From Anaerolineae bacterium (GTDB lineage Bacteria > Chloroflexota > Anaerolineae > UBA7937 > B3-Chlor), in NCBI GenBank assembly GCA_049697655.1, contig JBAVWD010000472.1, forward strand, positions 1-57,165: a DNA stretch of 57,165 bases, written 5' to 3'. The notes beneath the pieces are model-generated. The model searched no databases, was not told the origin of the DNA, and saw only the letters and a program-made list of their open reading frames with translations. Positions 1-8,533 of this stretch are shown here, in pieces (positions within the stretch are counted from its first letter, which is position 1; each line of letters begins with the position of its first letter). The position numbers and the translations under genes were made by a program.

Positions 1-174
1 GTTCTCTTCTACTGCGCGCAGATCGTCCCCAACCGAGTGCCCTACGTTGAGGGACCGGTACGGGGAGCGACTAGCCCCACCTAGCCTTGTGAAAACTCCA
101 TGGGCGATTTCCGGGTGTCGCGCAAAGGCCGGGAAGGTGTAGTATGGGACGTCACCAGCTTCGTGACGAATCAT
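1..174 (-). CDS. pgeF: PgeF/YfiH (DUF152) family protein, N-terminal fragment that runs off the window
   Basis: Not in the ORF track. Manual minus-strand translation from ATG 174-172 gives MIRHEAGDVPYYTFPAFARHPEIAHGVFTRLGGASRSPYRSLNVGHSVGDDLRAVEEN. This fits the YfiH N-terminal pattern HGF.TR.GG.S..sLN.g...GD...V..N. ATGA start/stop overlap with the upstream radical SAM gene. Confidence 0.6.
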   Translation of the reverse strand, partial: MIRHEAGDVPYYTFPAFARHPEIAHGVFTRLGGASRSPYRSLNVGHSVGDDLRAVEEN

Positions 175-1790
175 GATGCCCCCTGGCTAGCCATCTCCAT
201 GGTCGACTCGCGGAGGCATGTCTGACCTGTGATGGAGGGCCACGGGAGTATCTCGTCTTTCGCTCGGCTGGCCAGGTATCGCTCGCTGCTCAGCCCCGTC
301 GCCTCGAGCGCTCTTCTCCAGGCCGGCAATCCTGTGCCGTCAAGGGCCATCAGAGCTTCCCCCACTGGCCTGTCGCCGCGCGCGAGGACGGCTTGCACTT
401 CAGCGCGCCGAGGGCTCTCCCCAGTGGTCTCCACGTTGAGCGATCGCAGGCTATCTCTCAGGTACTCGAAGCGGTGCTCCAGCACCCGGCGAGATGCCAT
501 TGCGGTGCGCTCGAAAGGTGTCTGGGCCTTGGGGACGAAGGGTGTGATGTTGACCGTGATGTGCCGGTGAAAGCGCTTCCTGACGCCGCGCAGCAGCTCG
601 ACTATCTCCCTCACGTCGCTGTCGTCCTCGGTCGGAAGGCCAATCATGAAGTACAGTTTCAGATGCGGGAACTCATGGCATGCGATGAGTTCCACGGCAC
701 GCATGATGTCCTCAGAAGAAATGCCCTTTCTGATCTTGCGGCGCAGGCGCTCGGAGCCAGCCTCCGGAGCGATGGTAACGGTTCGCGCGCCGCTCTCGGA
801 CAGGGCTTCAAGTAGCGCGATGGGCAGGGGATCGACCCTGAGAGACGCCACAGATAGCTTGGCGCCGAGGCGCCGAAGGCCTCTCGCCAGACTCTCCAAC
901 TGACTGTAGTCGGAAAGAGATGCACCTATGAGGCCAAGGGTCTGACGATAGGCAAGGCCCTTCTTGGCTGTGTCCAGCAATACCTCTAGACTCCCCTCAC
1001 GGACTGGCGAATAAGCAACCCCGGCCAGACAAAAGTGGCAGCCCCGGCCGCAGCCTCTCGTTACCTCCATGAGGTACATGTCCCCGAACTCCGTGTCGTC
1101 CGCGATGATTACGGAGTGGGCCGGCTGATCGTCCAGGTTAGGCAGCCACTGACGCTGCATCGCGTGGGGAGCACCAGGAATCGGCCCCATGTCCACCGCG
1201 CGCCCATCGTCCCTTTCCAGGTCATGAAAGCGAGGCACGTAGAGTCCAGGGAGCATGGCTATACGCCGGAGGAGGTCGTCACGTTGGAGGTCCGCACCTT
1301 CAAGCAGCGTTTCAACCAATGAAGGGACGATAACCTCACCCTCGCCGATGGCGAAGGCGTCTATCAGGGAAGCCAGAGGCTGAGGATTGGCCATGACACA
1401 TGGTCCGCCGGCGATCAGGATGGGCTGTCCTTCCCCTCGCGTCTCGCTCGACAGGGGGATGCCGGATCGGCGCAGCATCGCGACAAGGTTCAGGTAGTCC
1501 AGTTCAAAGGAAAACGAGACGGCCAGAATGGCGAAATCGCCTAGCGGTCTTTGAGACTCTAGCGACACGGGAACGTTGGCATCGCTGTCGCAGAAGACTC
1601 TCTCACAGACGACACCAGAGTACTGGTTGAAGAGTCGATAGAGGACGTGGACTCCCAGATTGGACATCCCAATGTAATAGGAATTGGGGTACACGAGGGC
1701 GACGGGCAGGCGTCCGCCCCAGTCCTTGACTATCGCCCCCTGTTCTCGGGCAAGTCTTTCTCTGGCTCGGGAGATGTTCTTCCAGGTCAA
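171..1790 (-). CDS. Radical SAM protein with a B12-binding-like N-terminal domain
   Basis: CX3CX2C motif in TRGCGRGCHFCLAG. N-terminal VALVYPNSYYIGMSNLG is typical of B12-binding-domain radical SAM enzymes. The ORF is open up to 1922, but TTG at 1790 is preceded by AGGAGA (6-nt spacer, cagaac). The start is uncertain. Confidence 0.8.
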   Translation of the reverse strand: MTWKNISRARERLAREQGAIVKDWGGRLPVALVYPNSYYIGMSNLGVHVLYRLFNQYSGVVCERVFCDSDANVPVSLESQRPLGDFAILAVSFSFELDYLNLVAMLRRSGIPLSSETRGEGQPILIAGGPCVMANPQPLASLIDAFAIGEGEVIVPSLVETLLEGADLQRDDLLRRIAMLPGLYVPRFHDLERDDGRAVDMGPIPGAPHAMQRQWLPNLDDQPAHSVIIADDTEFGDMYLMEVTRGCGRGCHFCLAGVAYSPVREGSLEVLLDTAKKGLAYRQTLGLIGASLSDYSQLESLARGLRRLGAKLSVASLRVDPLPIALLEALSESGARTVTIAPEAGSERLRRKIRKGISSEDIMRAVELIACHEFPHLKLYFMIGLPTEDDSDVREIVELLRGVRKRFHRHITVNITPFVPKAQTPFERTAMASRRVLEHRFEYLRDSLRSLNVETTGESPRRAEVQAVLARGDRPVGEALMALDGTGLPAWRRALEATGLSSERYLASRAKDEILPWPSITGQTCLRESTMEMASQGAS

Positions 1791-2289
1791 GTTCTGTCTC
1801 CTGGGGTCAAGTCTATCACAGCGAATGGACCAAAGCAACCAAACATGTTTCTGGAGGTAGATCAGAAGGCTGGATGGCCTGAGGGACGACGGGGTACCCA
1901 ACCGACCACAGGACAGGGGCACGTTGCGGAGGATAGGCGGCGATGGCCACGCTGATCCCTCGCGTCAGTAACACCGCAGTGCGCGACGTCCTCTAGCTCC
2001 AGCGATTGCCGCCGGTTGTCGTCAACTGTCCTCATTCAGTGTGCGTGGTGCGGATGGTATGGCAAACGAGTATCGACCGGTCCACGACACATGCCTGAGC
2101 GGCTGAAGGGCCTTCCGCGAGTGCACCCGGGCTGCGAGTGCCGACGCCCCCGGCCCGCTCGGCAGGGCGCAGCAGAGTGCGGAGGCACGACCGCCGTGGC
2201 TGCCGGGCGCAGCATGCTGAACTCACTTGACCCCCAGCGCAGGCTGTGCTCGATGGAGTGTGGAGCAAGGCGGCCGGGGCTGAGCTTTG

Positions 2290-3273
2290 TCAGCCCTCAG
2301 CCTTCATTCTCTTGAACTCCTCGGTCAGAGCCGGGACCACCTTGAGAAGGTCGCCAACTATGCCGTAGTCCGCGACCTTGAATATGGGTGCCTCTGGGTC
2401 CTTGTTGACGGCCACGATGTATTTCGAGGTCTTCATGCCGGCGAGATGCTGTATAGCCCCGGAGATGCCGCAGGCGATGTACAGCGTGGGGGTTACCACT
2501 TTCCCCGTCTGTCCCACCTGATAGCTGTGGTCCTTCCATCCTGCGTCAACGGCGGCTCGTGAAGCACCGACAGCAGCCCCCAGAACTCCCGCCAGTTCCT
2601 CGATGAGGGCGAAGTTTGCCGGGTCCTTCAGACCGCGTCCGCCCGACACTATGATGTCGGCTTCGGTCAGCTCGATCCTCTCGCCCGCCTCTTTGATCAT
2701 CTCCAAGACCTTCGCCCGTATCTCTCCGGCATCGGCGGGGATGCTTTCTTTAGCTGCTACACGGGAAGGGTCGGCCTGGGGTGCGGGGAATACGTTCGGC
2801 CGCACCGTGGCCATGTGCGGTCTGACCAGTCCTTTGACGGTGGCGATGGCCTTGCCTGCGTAGATTGGCCTGGTCACGAGCAACTCACCATTCTGCACTG
2901 CGAAGTCGGTGCAATCTGAGGTCAGACCTACCGCGAGCCTTGCCGCCAATCTTGGCGCCAGATCCTTTCCAGTCGTGGTGGCTCCCAGCAGTACCAATGC
3001 CGGCTGCGTCTCCTTGACGAGATTCGCCAAGACGTTGGTGTAACCTTCAGCAGTGTAGTTCTCCAGGCTTGGGTCGTCGGCTACCCATATCTTCTGCGCT
3101 CCATACTGTGCCAGCGTGGTGGCTGCGTCGCTGATTCCATGGCCAAGGGCAACCGCCTGGACGCTTCCACCAAGTTGCTGGGCAATCCTCTGCCCTTCTC
3201 CCAGCATCTCGAAGCTGACCTTCTTGGGGGCGCCATCCCTAATCTCTGCCACTACCAATACGTCGTTCGACAT
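2290..3273 (-). CDS. etfA: Electron transfer flavoprotein, alpha (large) subunit
   Basis: C-terminal FAD motif [19 protein letters not shown]. Sits directly downstream of etfB. I prefer the ATG at 3273, which has a GGAGGAG SD, over the ORF-track start at 3312. Confidence 0.9.
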   Translation of the reverse strand: MSNDVLVVAEIRDGAPKKVSFEMLGEGQRIAQQLGGSVQAVALGHGISDAATTLAQYGAQKIWVADDPSLENYTAEGYTNVLANLVKETQPALVLLGATTTGKDLAPRLAARLAVGLTSDCTDFAVQNGELLVTRPIYAGKAIATVKGLVRPHMATVRPNVFPAPQADPSRVAAKESIPADAGEIRAKVLEMIKEAGERIELTEADIIVSGGRGLKDPANFALIEELAGVLGAAVGASRAAVDAGWKDHSYQVGQTGKVVTPTLYIACGISGAIQHLAGMKTSKYIVAVNKDPEAPIFKVADYGIVGDLLKVVPALTEEFKRMKAEG

Positions 3274-3327
3274 TCGCTCCTCCGGGTTGAGGTGAAGAAT
3301 GGGCTGCGGCATGGCCGCGAGTTCATC

Positions 3328-4116
3328 CTACAAGATCTTCGCTTCGTCTCTGAGCAGGTGAGCTACCTTCTTGGCGTCCTGAACGGGGTCTTCGTCGAAG
3401 ACCTTTCCCCCGAGCCTCTCCGGTGGCAGCGTCACTTCCGTGAAGACCATCTTGGTAGCGCCAACGCCAACGCTGTCGGTCGTGACTCCGATTTCCTCGG
3501 CGTTCCATTCGGGGATCACCTTCTTCTTCACGGCCATGATGCCCTTGATGGAAGCATAGCGAGGTTCGTTGAGACCTTTCTGTGCTGTGATGACCGCGGG
3601 CAGAGGCGCTGCGACCACCTCGTGGCCTCCTTCGACTTCTCGGTGGGCGACCAGGGACTTGTGGTCGGCCGAGAGCTCCAGCTTGGTCACCACGGAAACG
3701 TGGGGGATGTCCAGCAACTCCGCGAGGATGATGCCAACCTGGGCGTGGTCTTCATCCACCCCTTGCTTGCCGCAGAAGACGATGTCGTAATCGAGCTTCT
3801 GAAGTGCCCTGGAGAGTATGAGGGCGGTGGCGTATGGATCGGAGCCCTCGAAGGCCTCGTCCACTAGATGGATCGCTTCGTCAGCCCCAACCGCCAGACC
3901 GCTCTTGAGAGCGTCCTTTGCTCGCTCCGGACCTGTGCTTAGCAGGGTGATCTTGCTGTCGCCCAGCCTTTCCTTTACGCGCAGGCCCTCTTCGATGGCA
4001 TACTCGTCGTAAGGATTGACCACATACTTGGTCTCAGCGTGATCTACCTGTCCATCCTTGACCTTGATCTTGGTTTCCGTGTCAGGCACTTGCTTGACGC
4101 AAATCACAACGTGCAT
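3328..4116 (-). CDS. etfB: Electron transfer flavoprotein, beta (small) subunit
   Basis: MHVVICVKQVPDTE N-terminus and the NPYDEYAIEEGL and GKQGVDEDHAQVG segments are typical of EtfB. AAGGAGG lies upstream. Confidence 0.9.
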   Translation of the reverse strand: MHVVICVKQVPDTETKIKVKDGQVDHAETKYVVNPYDEYAIEEGLRVKERLGDSKITLLSTGPERAKDALKSGLAVGADEAIHLVDEAFEGSDPYATALILSRALQKLDYDIVFCGKQGVDEDHAQVGIILAELLDIPHVSVVTKLELSADHKSLVAHREVEGGHEVVAAPLPAVITAQKGLNEPRYASIKGIMAVKKKVIPEWNAEEIGVTTDSVGVGATKMVFTEVTLPPERLGGKVFDEDPVQDAKKVAHLLRDEAKIL

Positions 4117-4155
4117 AAGAACTCAACCTCCTTAAGCTCTCCGTGCTTGCAGGGC

Positions 4156-5298
4156 TCACTCCCTCAACAGCCAGCGAGATATGACTAAGCGTTGAATCTC
4201 ACTTGTGCCTTCGTAGATCTGGAGCAACTTGGCGTCGCGCATGTACTTCTCGACGGGATACTCCCTGACGTACCCATAGCCGCCGAAGACTTGCACCGCG
4301 TCCGTCGTGATCTCCATGGCGCTGTCTGCCGCGAAGCACTTGGCAATTGCCGATTCATAGCTGTTGCGCGAGCCTTGATCCGCCAGCCAGGCGGCTTGCC
4401 AAACCAGGAGGCGCGCTGCCTCCAGCTTGATGGCCATGTTCGCAAGCTTGAACTGGATGGCCTGAAACGAAGCGATGGGTCGTGAGAACTGCTCGCGCTC
4501 CTTGGCATACCGCAAGGCGGCCTCCATGGCCGCTCGACCCACCCCGACGGCAGCCGCTGCTACCTCCGCCCTGATCCTGTCCAGGGTTTCCATGACCAGC
4601 TGGAACCCGTGGCCTTCCTCGCCCAGGCGATTCTCGACAGGCACCCGCACGTCCTCGAAGATCACTTCTCTGGTGTCGGCGGCCCTTTGGCCCATCTTCT
4701 CTTCTTTCTTCCCCGTGGAAACGCCTGGGGAGTCAGACGGCACGACGAGGAGCACGAGGCCCTCGTGCCGGAGTTCAGGATCCAGGGTGGCGGTCACGGT
4801 GTACAGCTTGGCGACGCCACCATTGGTGATGAACCGCTTCGTCCCGTCCAGTATGTAGGAGTCGCCGTCACGTGACGCCCTCGTGCGCACGCTGGCTACA
4901 TCCGAACCAGCGCCTGGCTCTGTGAGGCAGAACGCCGCCAGCGCTGGCTCCGCGCAGAAGGGCCTCATGAGGCGTTCCATCTGGTCGGGGGTGGCCGCGA
5001 GGTTCAGCGGAGTAAGACCGAGGGTGCTGGCTACGAAAGAGCTGTATACGCCCGCACACGCTGCGGAGATTTCCTCAGCAACGAGGCAGTCGTCGAAGTA
5101 CCCCAAACCGCCACCGCCGTATTCCTCTGGAACCGTGATATTGATCAGGCCGATGGCGTGGGCCTTCTCCACTAGCTCCCAGGGGTACTCCTCTATACGG
5201 TCGGCCTCCGCCGCTACGGGCGCGATCTCATTCCTCGCAAACTGCCGCGCCAGTTGTCGCAGCGCCTTTTGCTCGTCGCTGAGGGAGGGATTGAACAT
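4156..5298 (-). CDS. Acyl-CoA dehydrogenase
   Basis: 380 aa. Typical ACAD segments: LTEPGAGSD, FITNGG, and C-terminal QIYEGTSEIQRLVISR. Heads an operon with etfBA. Confidence 0.9.
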   Translation of the reverse strand: MFNPSLSDEQKALRQLARQFARNEIAPVAAEADRIEEYPWELVEKAHAIGLINITVPEEYGGGGLGYFDDCLVAEEISAACAGVYSSFVASTLGLTPLNLAATPDQMERLMRPFCAEPALAAFCLTEPGAGSDVASVRTRASRDGDSYILDGTKRFITNGGVAKLYTVTATLDPELRHEGLVLLVVPSDSPGVSTGKKEEKMGQRAADTREVIFEDVRVPVENRLGEEGHGFQLVMETLDRIRAEVAAAAVGVGRAAMEAALRYAKEREQFSRPIASFQAIQFKLANMAIKLEAARLLVWQAAWLADQGSRNSYESAIAKCFAADSAMEITTDAVQVFGGYGYVREYPVEKYMRDAKLLQIYEGTSEIQRLVISRWLLRE

Positions 5299-5375
5299 GG
5301 ACTCTATTGTTGTGACGGGAACACATGAGGGATCAGAGACACGAAGAGCCCGGCACTATCTCATTTCTCAGATTG

Positions 5376-5404
5376 ATTCTAACAGAAGTAGCGGACCCTG
5401 TCAA
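5376..5404 (-). promoter_or_regulatory. Sigma70-like promoter for the acd-etfBA operon
   Basis: The minus strand reads TTGACA, a 17-nt spacer, then TAGAAT with an extended TG (ctgTtagaat). It lies about 75 nt upstream of the ACAD ATG at 5298. Confidence 0.5.
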
Positions 5405-5437
5405 ACCTCTCCGGCTCGAGCACGCAGGGGCGCACTG

Positions 5438-7669
5438 TCAACCGCACTGAGAGTACCCGCACGAAGGGCACCGCAGACAACCCTCGACGAACTCTACCAT
5501 GGTGCCGCAATCTGGGCATTCGGGGCACATGCCGAGGAGGTTCCGGGCGGGGATGTCATCCCTCGAGGCGACCACTTTGGTCGTGTCGTTGTCGTTGACG
5601 TAGCGATGCATGGCCTTACCGATGGCATCTGCACAGGACAGGATGATGTTGCCCTCCTGCCAGGCAGGAGCAGGGCAACGGATGCCTTCCAGCTGCTTGA
5701 CAATGGAGTCGGTTTCAATACCGGAACGAAGGGCCAGGGAGATCAGGCGCCCGATGGCCTCGGACTGCGAGGCCATGCAGCCTCCGCTCTTGCCCATAGT
5801 GGCGAAGACCTCGAAGACGCCGTTCTGGTCCTCGTTGATGGTCACGTAGATGGTCTGCCCACATCCGACGGTGACCTTCTCGGTGACGCCTTGGGTTAGC
5901 GTAGGGCGCGCACGGGGGGTCTTGACCCCTTTGGGTCTTTCTGTTTCGGTTGAGCCCTTGGTGAGAACCTGTGCTGCTCTGCTACCATCGCGGTAGATGG
6001 TGAGGCCCTTGCAGCCAGCGTCGTAAGCCATTAGGTAGGCGTTTTCCACATCCTGCCTGGTCGCGTTGTGGGGGAAGTTGATGGTCTTGGAGACAGCGTT
6101 ATCGGTGTGTCTCTGGAACGCGGCCTGGATGCGGATATGCCACTCTGGTGCTATGTCGTGGGCTGTGACAAACACCCGCTGTATCTCCGGTGGCACCTCT
6201 GGCATGCCTTGCACGCTGCCTGTCAACGCGACTTTGGTCATTGGTTCCGGGCCGTAGAAACCCTCACGTTCCGCCGTCTCTCTGAAGGTAGGATTGACCT
6301 CCAACAACTGGTCACCATCGAGAACGTGGCGCCTGTAGACCAGCGCATAGGTGGGTTCGATGCCGCTGGAAGCGCCAGCGATGATACTGATGCTTCCTGT
6401 GGGGGCGATCGTGGTTACCGTGGCGTTTCTCATTTTCCTTCCGCCGTTTCCTTCATAGATACTCCCGCGGAAGTTCGGGAAAGCACCGCGTTGCTCGGCC
6501 AAGAGCGCCGATGCCTGTTTGGCCCTTTCTTGGATGAAGGCCATCACGTGTTCCGCCGTGGCCACCGCCTCGTCCGAATCGTACGCCACGTTGAGATGGA
6601 TGAGCATGTCAGCGAAGCCCATCACCCCTAGGCCAATCTTGCGGTTTCCCAGGGTCATCTCCTCTATCTGAGGCAGTGGGTATTTGTTGCAGTCTATGAT
6701 GTTGTCAAGGAAGTGAACGGCGCAGTCCACGAGTTCTCCCAGGCGCTCGTAGTGTATCTGGCCCTCCACCGCCATCTTGGAGAGGTTGATGGAACCCAGG
6801 TTGCAGCTCTCGAAGGGCAGCAGCGGCTGTTCTCCGCAGGGGTTGGTGCTCTCTATTTCGCCCAGATGGGGTGTGGGGTTCGCCTCGTTCAGTCTATCCA
6901 AGAAGATGACCCCTGGGTCTCCGTTCTTCCAGGCCATCTCAGCTATCTTGTGCATGACCGCCCTGGCCCGCAATCGCTTCACAACTTCTCCCGAACGAGG
7001 GTTGACCAGAGGGTAGGTGGCATCGCGCTTGAGGGCTTCCATGAACTCCTTGGTTAAGCCCACCGATGTGTTGAAGTTGCTGAGCCTATGGCCATCCGAC
7101 TTGGCTGTGATGAAGTCTACGATGTCGGGGTGATCGACTCTGAGAATGGCCATGTTGGCGCCCCTTCTGGCGCCTCCTTGCTTGATCGCCTCCGTCGCTG
7201 CATCGAAGACTTCCATGAAGGATATGGGACCCGATGCGATCCCTCCTGTGGACCTTACCATATCTCCTTTGGGCCTGAGCCTGGAGAAGGAGAATCCCGT
7301 TCCCCCGCCACTCTGGTGGATCAGGGCGGCGTTCTTCACGCTCTCGAAGATGCTCTCCATGGAGTCATCGATGGGCAGCACGAAGCAGGCGGAAAGCTGC
7401 CCGAGGCTCCGGCCGGCATTCATCAGAGTAGGGGAATTGGGCAGGAACTCAAGGCTGGCCATCGGGCCGTAGAAGCGCTCAGCGGTGAGTGAGATATCGG
7501 CCGCCGGGTCGTAGAGGGCATCCACCTGCGCCACGTGCGTGGCTACGCGCCAGAAGAGTTCGTCTGACGTCTCTGTGACTCTGCCCGTCTCGTCCCTCTT
7601 AAGGTATCGCCTTTCCAGCACCGTCATGGCGTTCGACGAGAGCTCGAGAGCTACTCTGCCCTGGGACAT
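5438..7669 (-). CDS. nrdJ: Class II (adenosylcobalamin-dependent) ribonucleotide reductase with a C-terminal Cys-rich zinc finger
   Basis: N-terminal VLERRYLKRDETG. Active-site loop TNPCGEQPLLPFESCNLGSINL. C-terminal CPECPDCG...CLRCPSCG. I prefer the ATG at 7669 (MSQGRVALE), because the ORF-track start at 7726 would overlap the end of nrdR. Confidence 0.9.
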   Translation of the reverse strand: MSQGRVALELSSNAMTVLERRYLKRDETGRVTETSDELFWRVATHVAQVDALYDPAADISLTAERFYGPMASLEFLPNSPTLMNAGRSLGQLSACFVLPIDDSMESIFESVKNAALIHQSGGGTGFSFSRLRPKGDMVRSTGGIASGPISFMEVFDAATEAIKQGGARRGANMAILRVDHPDIVDFITAKSDGHRLSNFNTSVGLTKEFMEALKRDATYPLVNPRSGEVVKRLRARAVMHKIAEMAWKNGDPGVIFLDRLNEANPTPHLGEIESTNPCGEQPLLPFESCNLGSINLSKMAVEGQIHYERLGELVDCAVHFLDNIIDCNKYPLPQIEEMTLGNRKIGLGVMGFADMLIHLNVAYDSDEAVATAEHVMAFIQERAKQASALLAEQRGAFPNFRGSIYEGNGGRKMRNATVTTIAPTGSISIIAGASSGIEPTYALVYRRHVLDGDQLLEVNPTFRETAEREGFYGPEPMTKVALTGSVQGMPEVPPEIQRVFVTAHDIAPEWHIRIQAAFQRHTDNAVSKTINFPHNATRQDVENAYLMAYDAGCKGLTIYRDGSRAAQVLTKGSTETERPKGVKTPRARPTLTQGVTEKVTVGCGQTIYVTINEDQNGVFEVFATMGKSGGCMASQSEAIGRLISLALRSGIETDSIVKQLEGIRCPAPAWQEGNIILSCADAIGKAMHRYVNDNDTTKVVASRDDIPARNLLGMCPECPDCGTMVEFVEGCLRCPSCGYSQCG

Positions 7670-7715
7670 ACCGGTTCCCCCGTTCGTAGAATGAAGGGTC
7701 GGTCTGGTGTGTGGG

Positions 7716-8207
7716 TTACAGCTCAAGGGGAAGCTGGGCTTTCAGCTCCGCTTCCCGCCTCTTCCATTCCTTGAACTCTTCGATCTCTTCGGCCAGGGTG
7801 TCCACATCCTGGAAGCGGCGATAGACTGAGGCGAAACGCACATAGGCGACGTCGTCCAGTTCCCTCAGGCGGCCCATGACCATCTTGCCAATCTGCTCGC
7901 TCTCGACCTCGGCCTGGCCCAGCTCGTACAGCTCTCTCTCCATGTCCTTGACCATCTGTTGCAGCGTCTCCAGGGGGATGGGACGCTTGGCGCAGGCTCG
8001 GAGGACGCCGTTGAGGAGTTTGTCGCTGTCGAAGGGCTCCCGTCTGCCATCGCGCTTGGCTACCATCAAGCTGATCTTGGCGACTCTCTCGTAGGTCGTG
8101 AAGCGTTGCTGGCAGCCCTGGCACTCCCTTCGCCGGCGGATGCCCTCACCGACTTCTCTGGTGTCGATGACCCTCGTGTCACTCTCTCCGCAGTAAGGGC
8201 ACTTCAT
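7716..8207 (-). CDS. nrdR: Transcriptional repressor NrdR (zinc ribbon plus ATP-cone)
   Basis: MKCPYCGESDTRVIDTR...CQGCQQRFTTYER is the NrdR zinc ribbon, followed by an ATP-cone. GGAGG SD upstream. Sits directly upstream of nrdJ. Confidence 0.95.
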   Translation of the reverse strand: MKCPYCGESDTRVIDTREVGEGIRRRRECQGCQQRFTTYERVAKISLMVAKRDGRREPFDSDKLLNGVLRACAKRPIPLETLQQMVKDMERELYELGQAEVESEQIGKMVMGRLRELDDVAYVRFASVYRRFQDVDTLAEEIEEFKEWKRREAELKAQLPLEL

Positions 8208-8258
8208 AGTCTATCCTCCTTCGACGACACGCGAAGGGCCGGGAGGAGAAGCATTCGT

Positions 8259-8311
8259 CCACTAGATCTCGTATGGGCCGCACGCGCTGCCACAACATGT
8301 TGTGGCAGCGC
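8259..8311 (-). promoter_or_regulatory. Tandem NrdR boxes (operator of nrdR-nrdJ)
   Basis: Box 1 is CCACAACATGTTGTGG (8290-8305), the core of a perfect 28-bp palindrome at 8284-8311, and resembles the NrdR-box consensus acaCwAtATaTwGtgt. Box 2 (8259-8274, minus strand ATACGAGATCTAGTGG) is weaker, about 11/16. Centre-to-centre spacing is 31 bp, as in known tandem NrdR boxes. Confidence 0.55.
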
Positions 8312-8319
8312 ACGAAGTA

Positions 8320-8348
8320 AAACTAGCACAAAGCGATTGGCCTGGCAA
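8320..8348 (-). promoter_or_regulatory. Putative promoter of nrdR-nrdJ
   Basis: The minus strand reads TTGCCA, a 17-nt spacer, then TAGTTT with an upstream TGc. The predicted start site lies just before the palindromic NrdR box. Confidence 0.45.
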
Positions 8349-8533
8349 GGTCGGAAGGACCTCGCAACCTTAAAATTCGTGGGTTTTCTGAGGTCTGAGG
8401 GAAGGTGGCGTGGGGGAAGGTGGCGCAGGAACCTTCCCCCCGGAAAGGAACCTTCTGGCAAGCGAGTCGCGACTCAACTTGCTCAGAAATGGGCCTTTCA
8501 GCCCCGAAAGGGAGGAGGACCGAAATACTGATG

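Noticed and set aside
1791-2289. A roughly 0.5-kb GC-rich stretch between the etfA stop and the preferred radical SAM start, with small ORFs on both strands (2016..2315 +, 2032..2268 -).
   Set aside because: The ORF translations are Arg/Cys/Pro-rich and look non-coding, and I found no promoter, repeat or RNA motif. Part of the gap disappears if the radical SAM gene really starts at 1922. I leave it as unexplained spacer.
4883-5899. Long ORFs antisense to or overlapping well-supported genes. These include 4883..5899 (+, 338 aa), 12805..13635 (+), 28607..29263 (-), 33008..33805 (-), 39063..39953 (+), 40173..41129 (+), 55051..55815 (+), and many shorter ones.
   Set aside because: Each lies opposite a gene with clear family motifs. 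The translations are R/A/S/P/G-rich with no recognisable motifs. This is the usual stop-codon-poor antisense frame of a high-GC genome.
8284-8311. The 28-bp perfect palindrome considered as an intrinsic terminator for ftsZ.
   Set aside because: No U-tract follows it on the minus strand. It lies downstream of a promoter-like motif, and its core matches the NrdR-box consensus with a second box 31 bp away. An operator is the better explanation.
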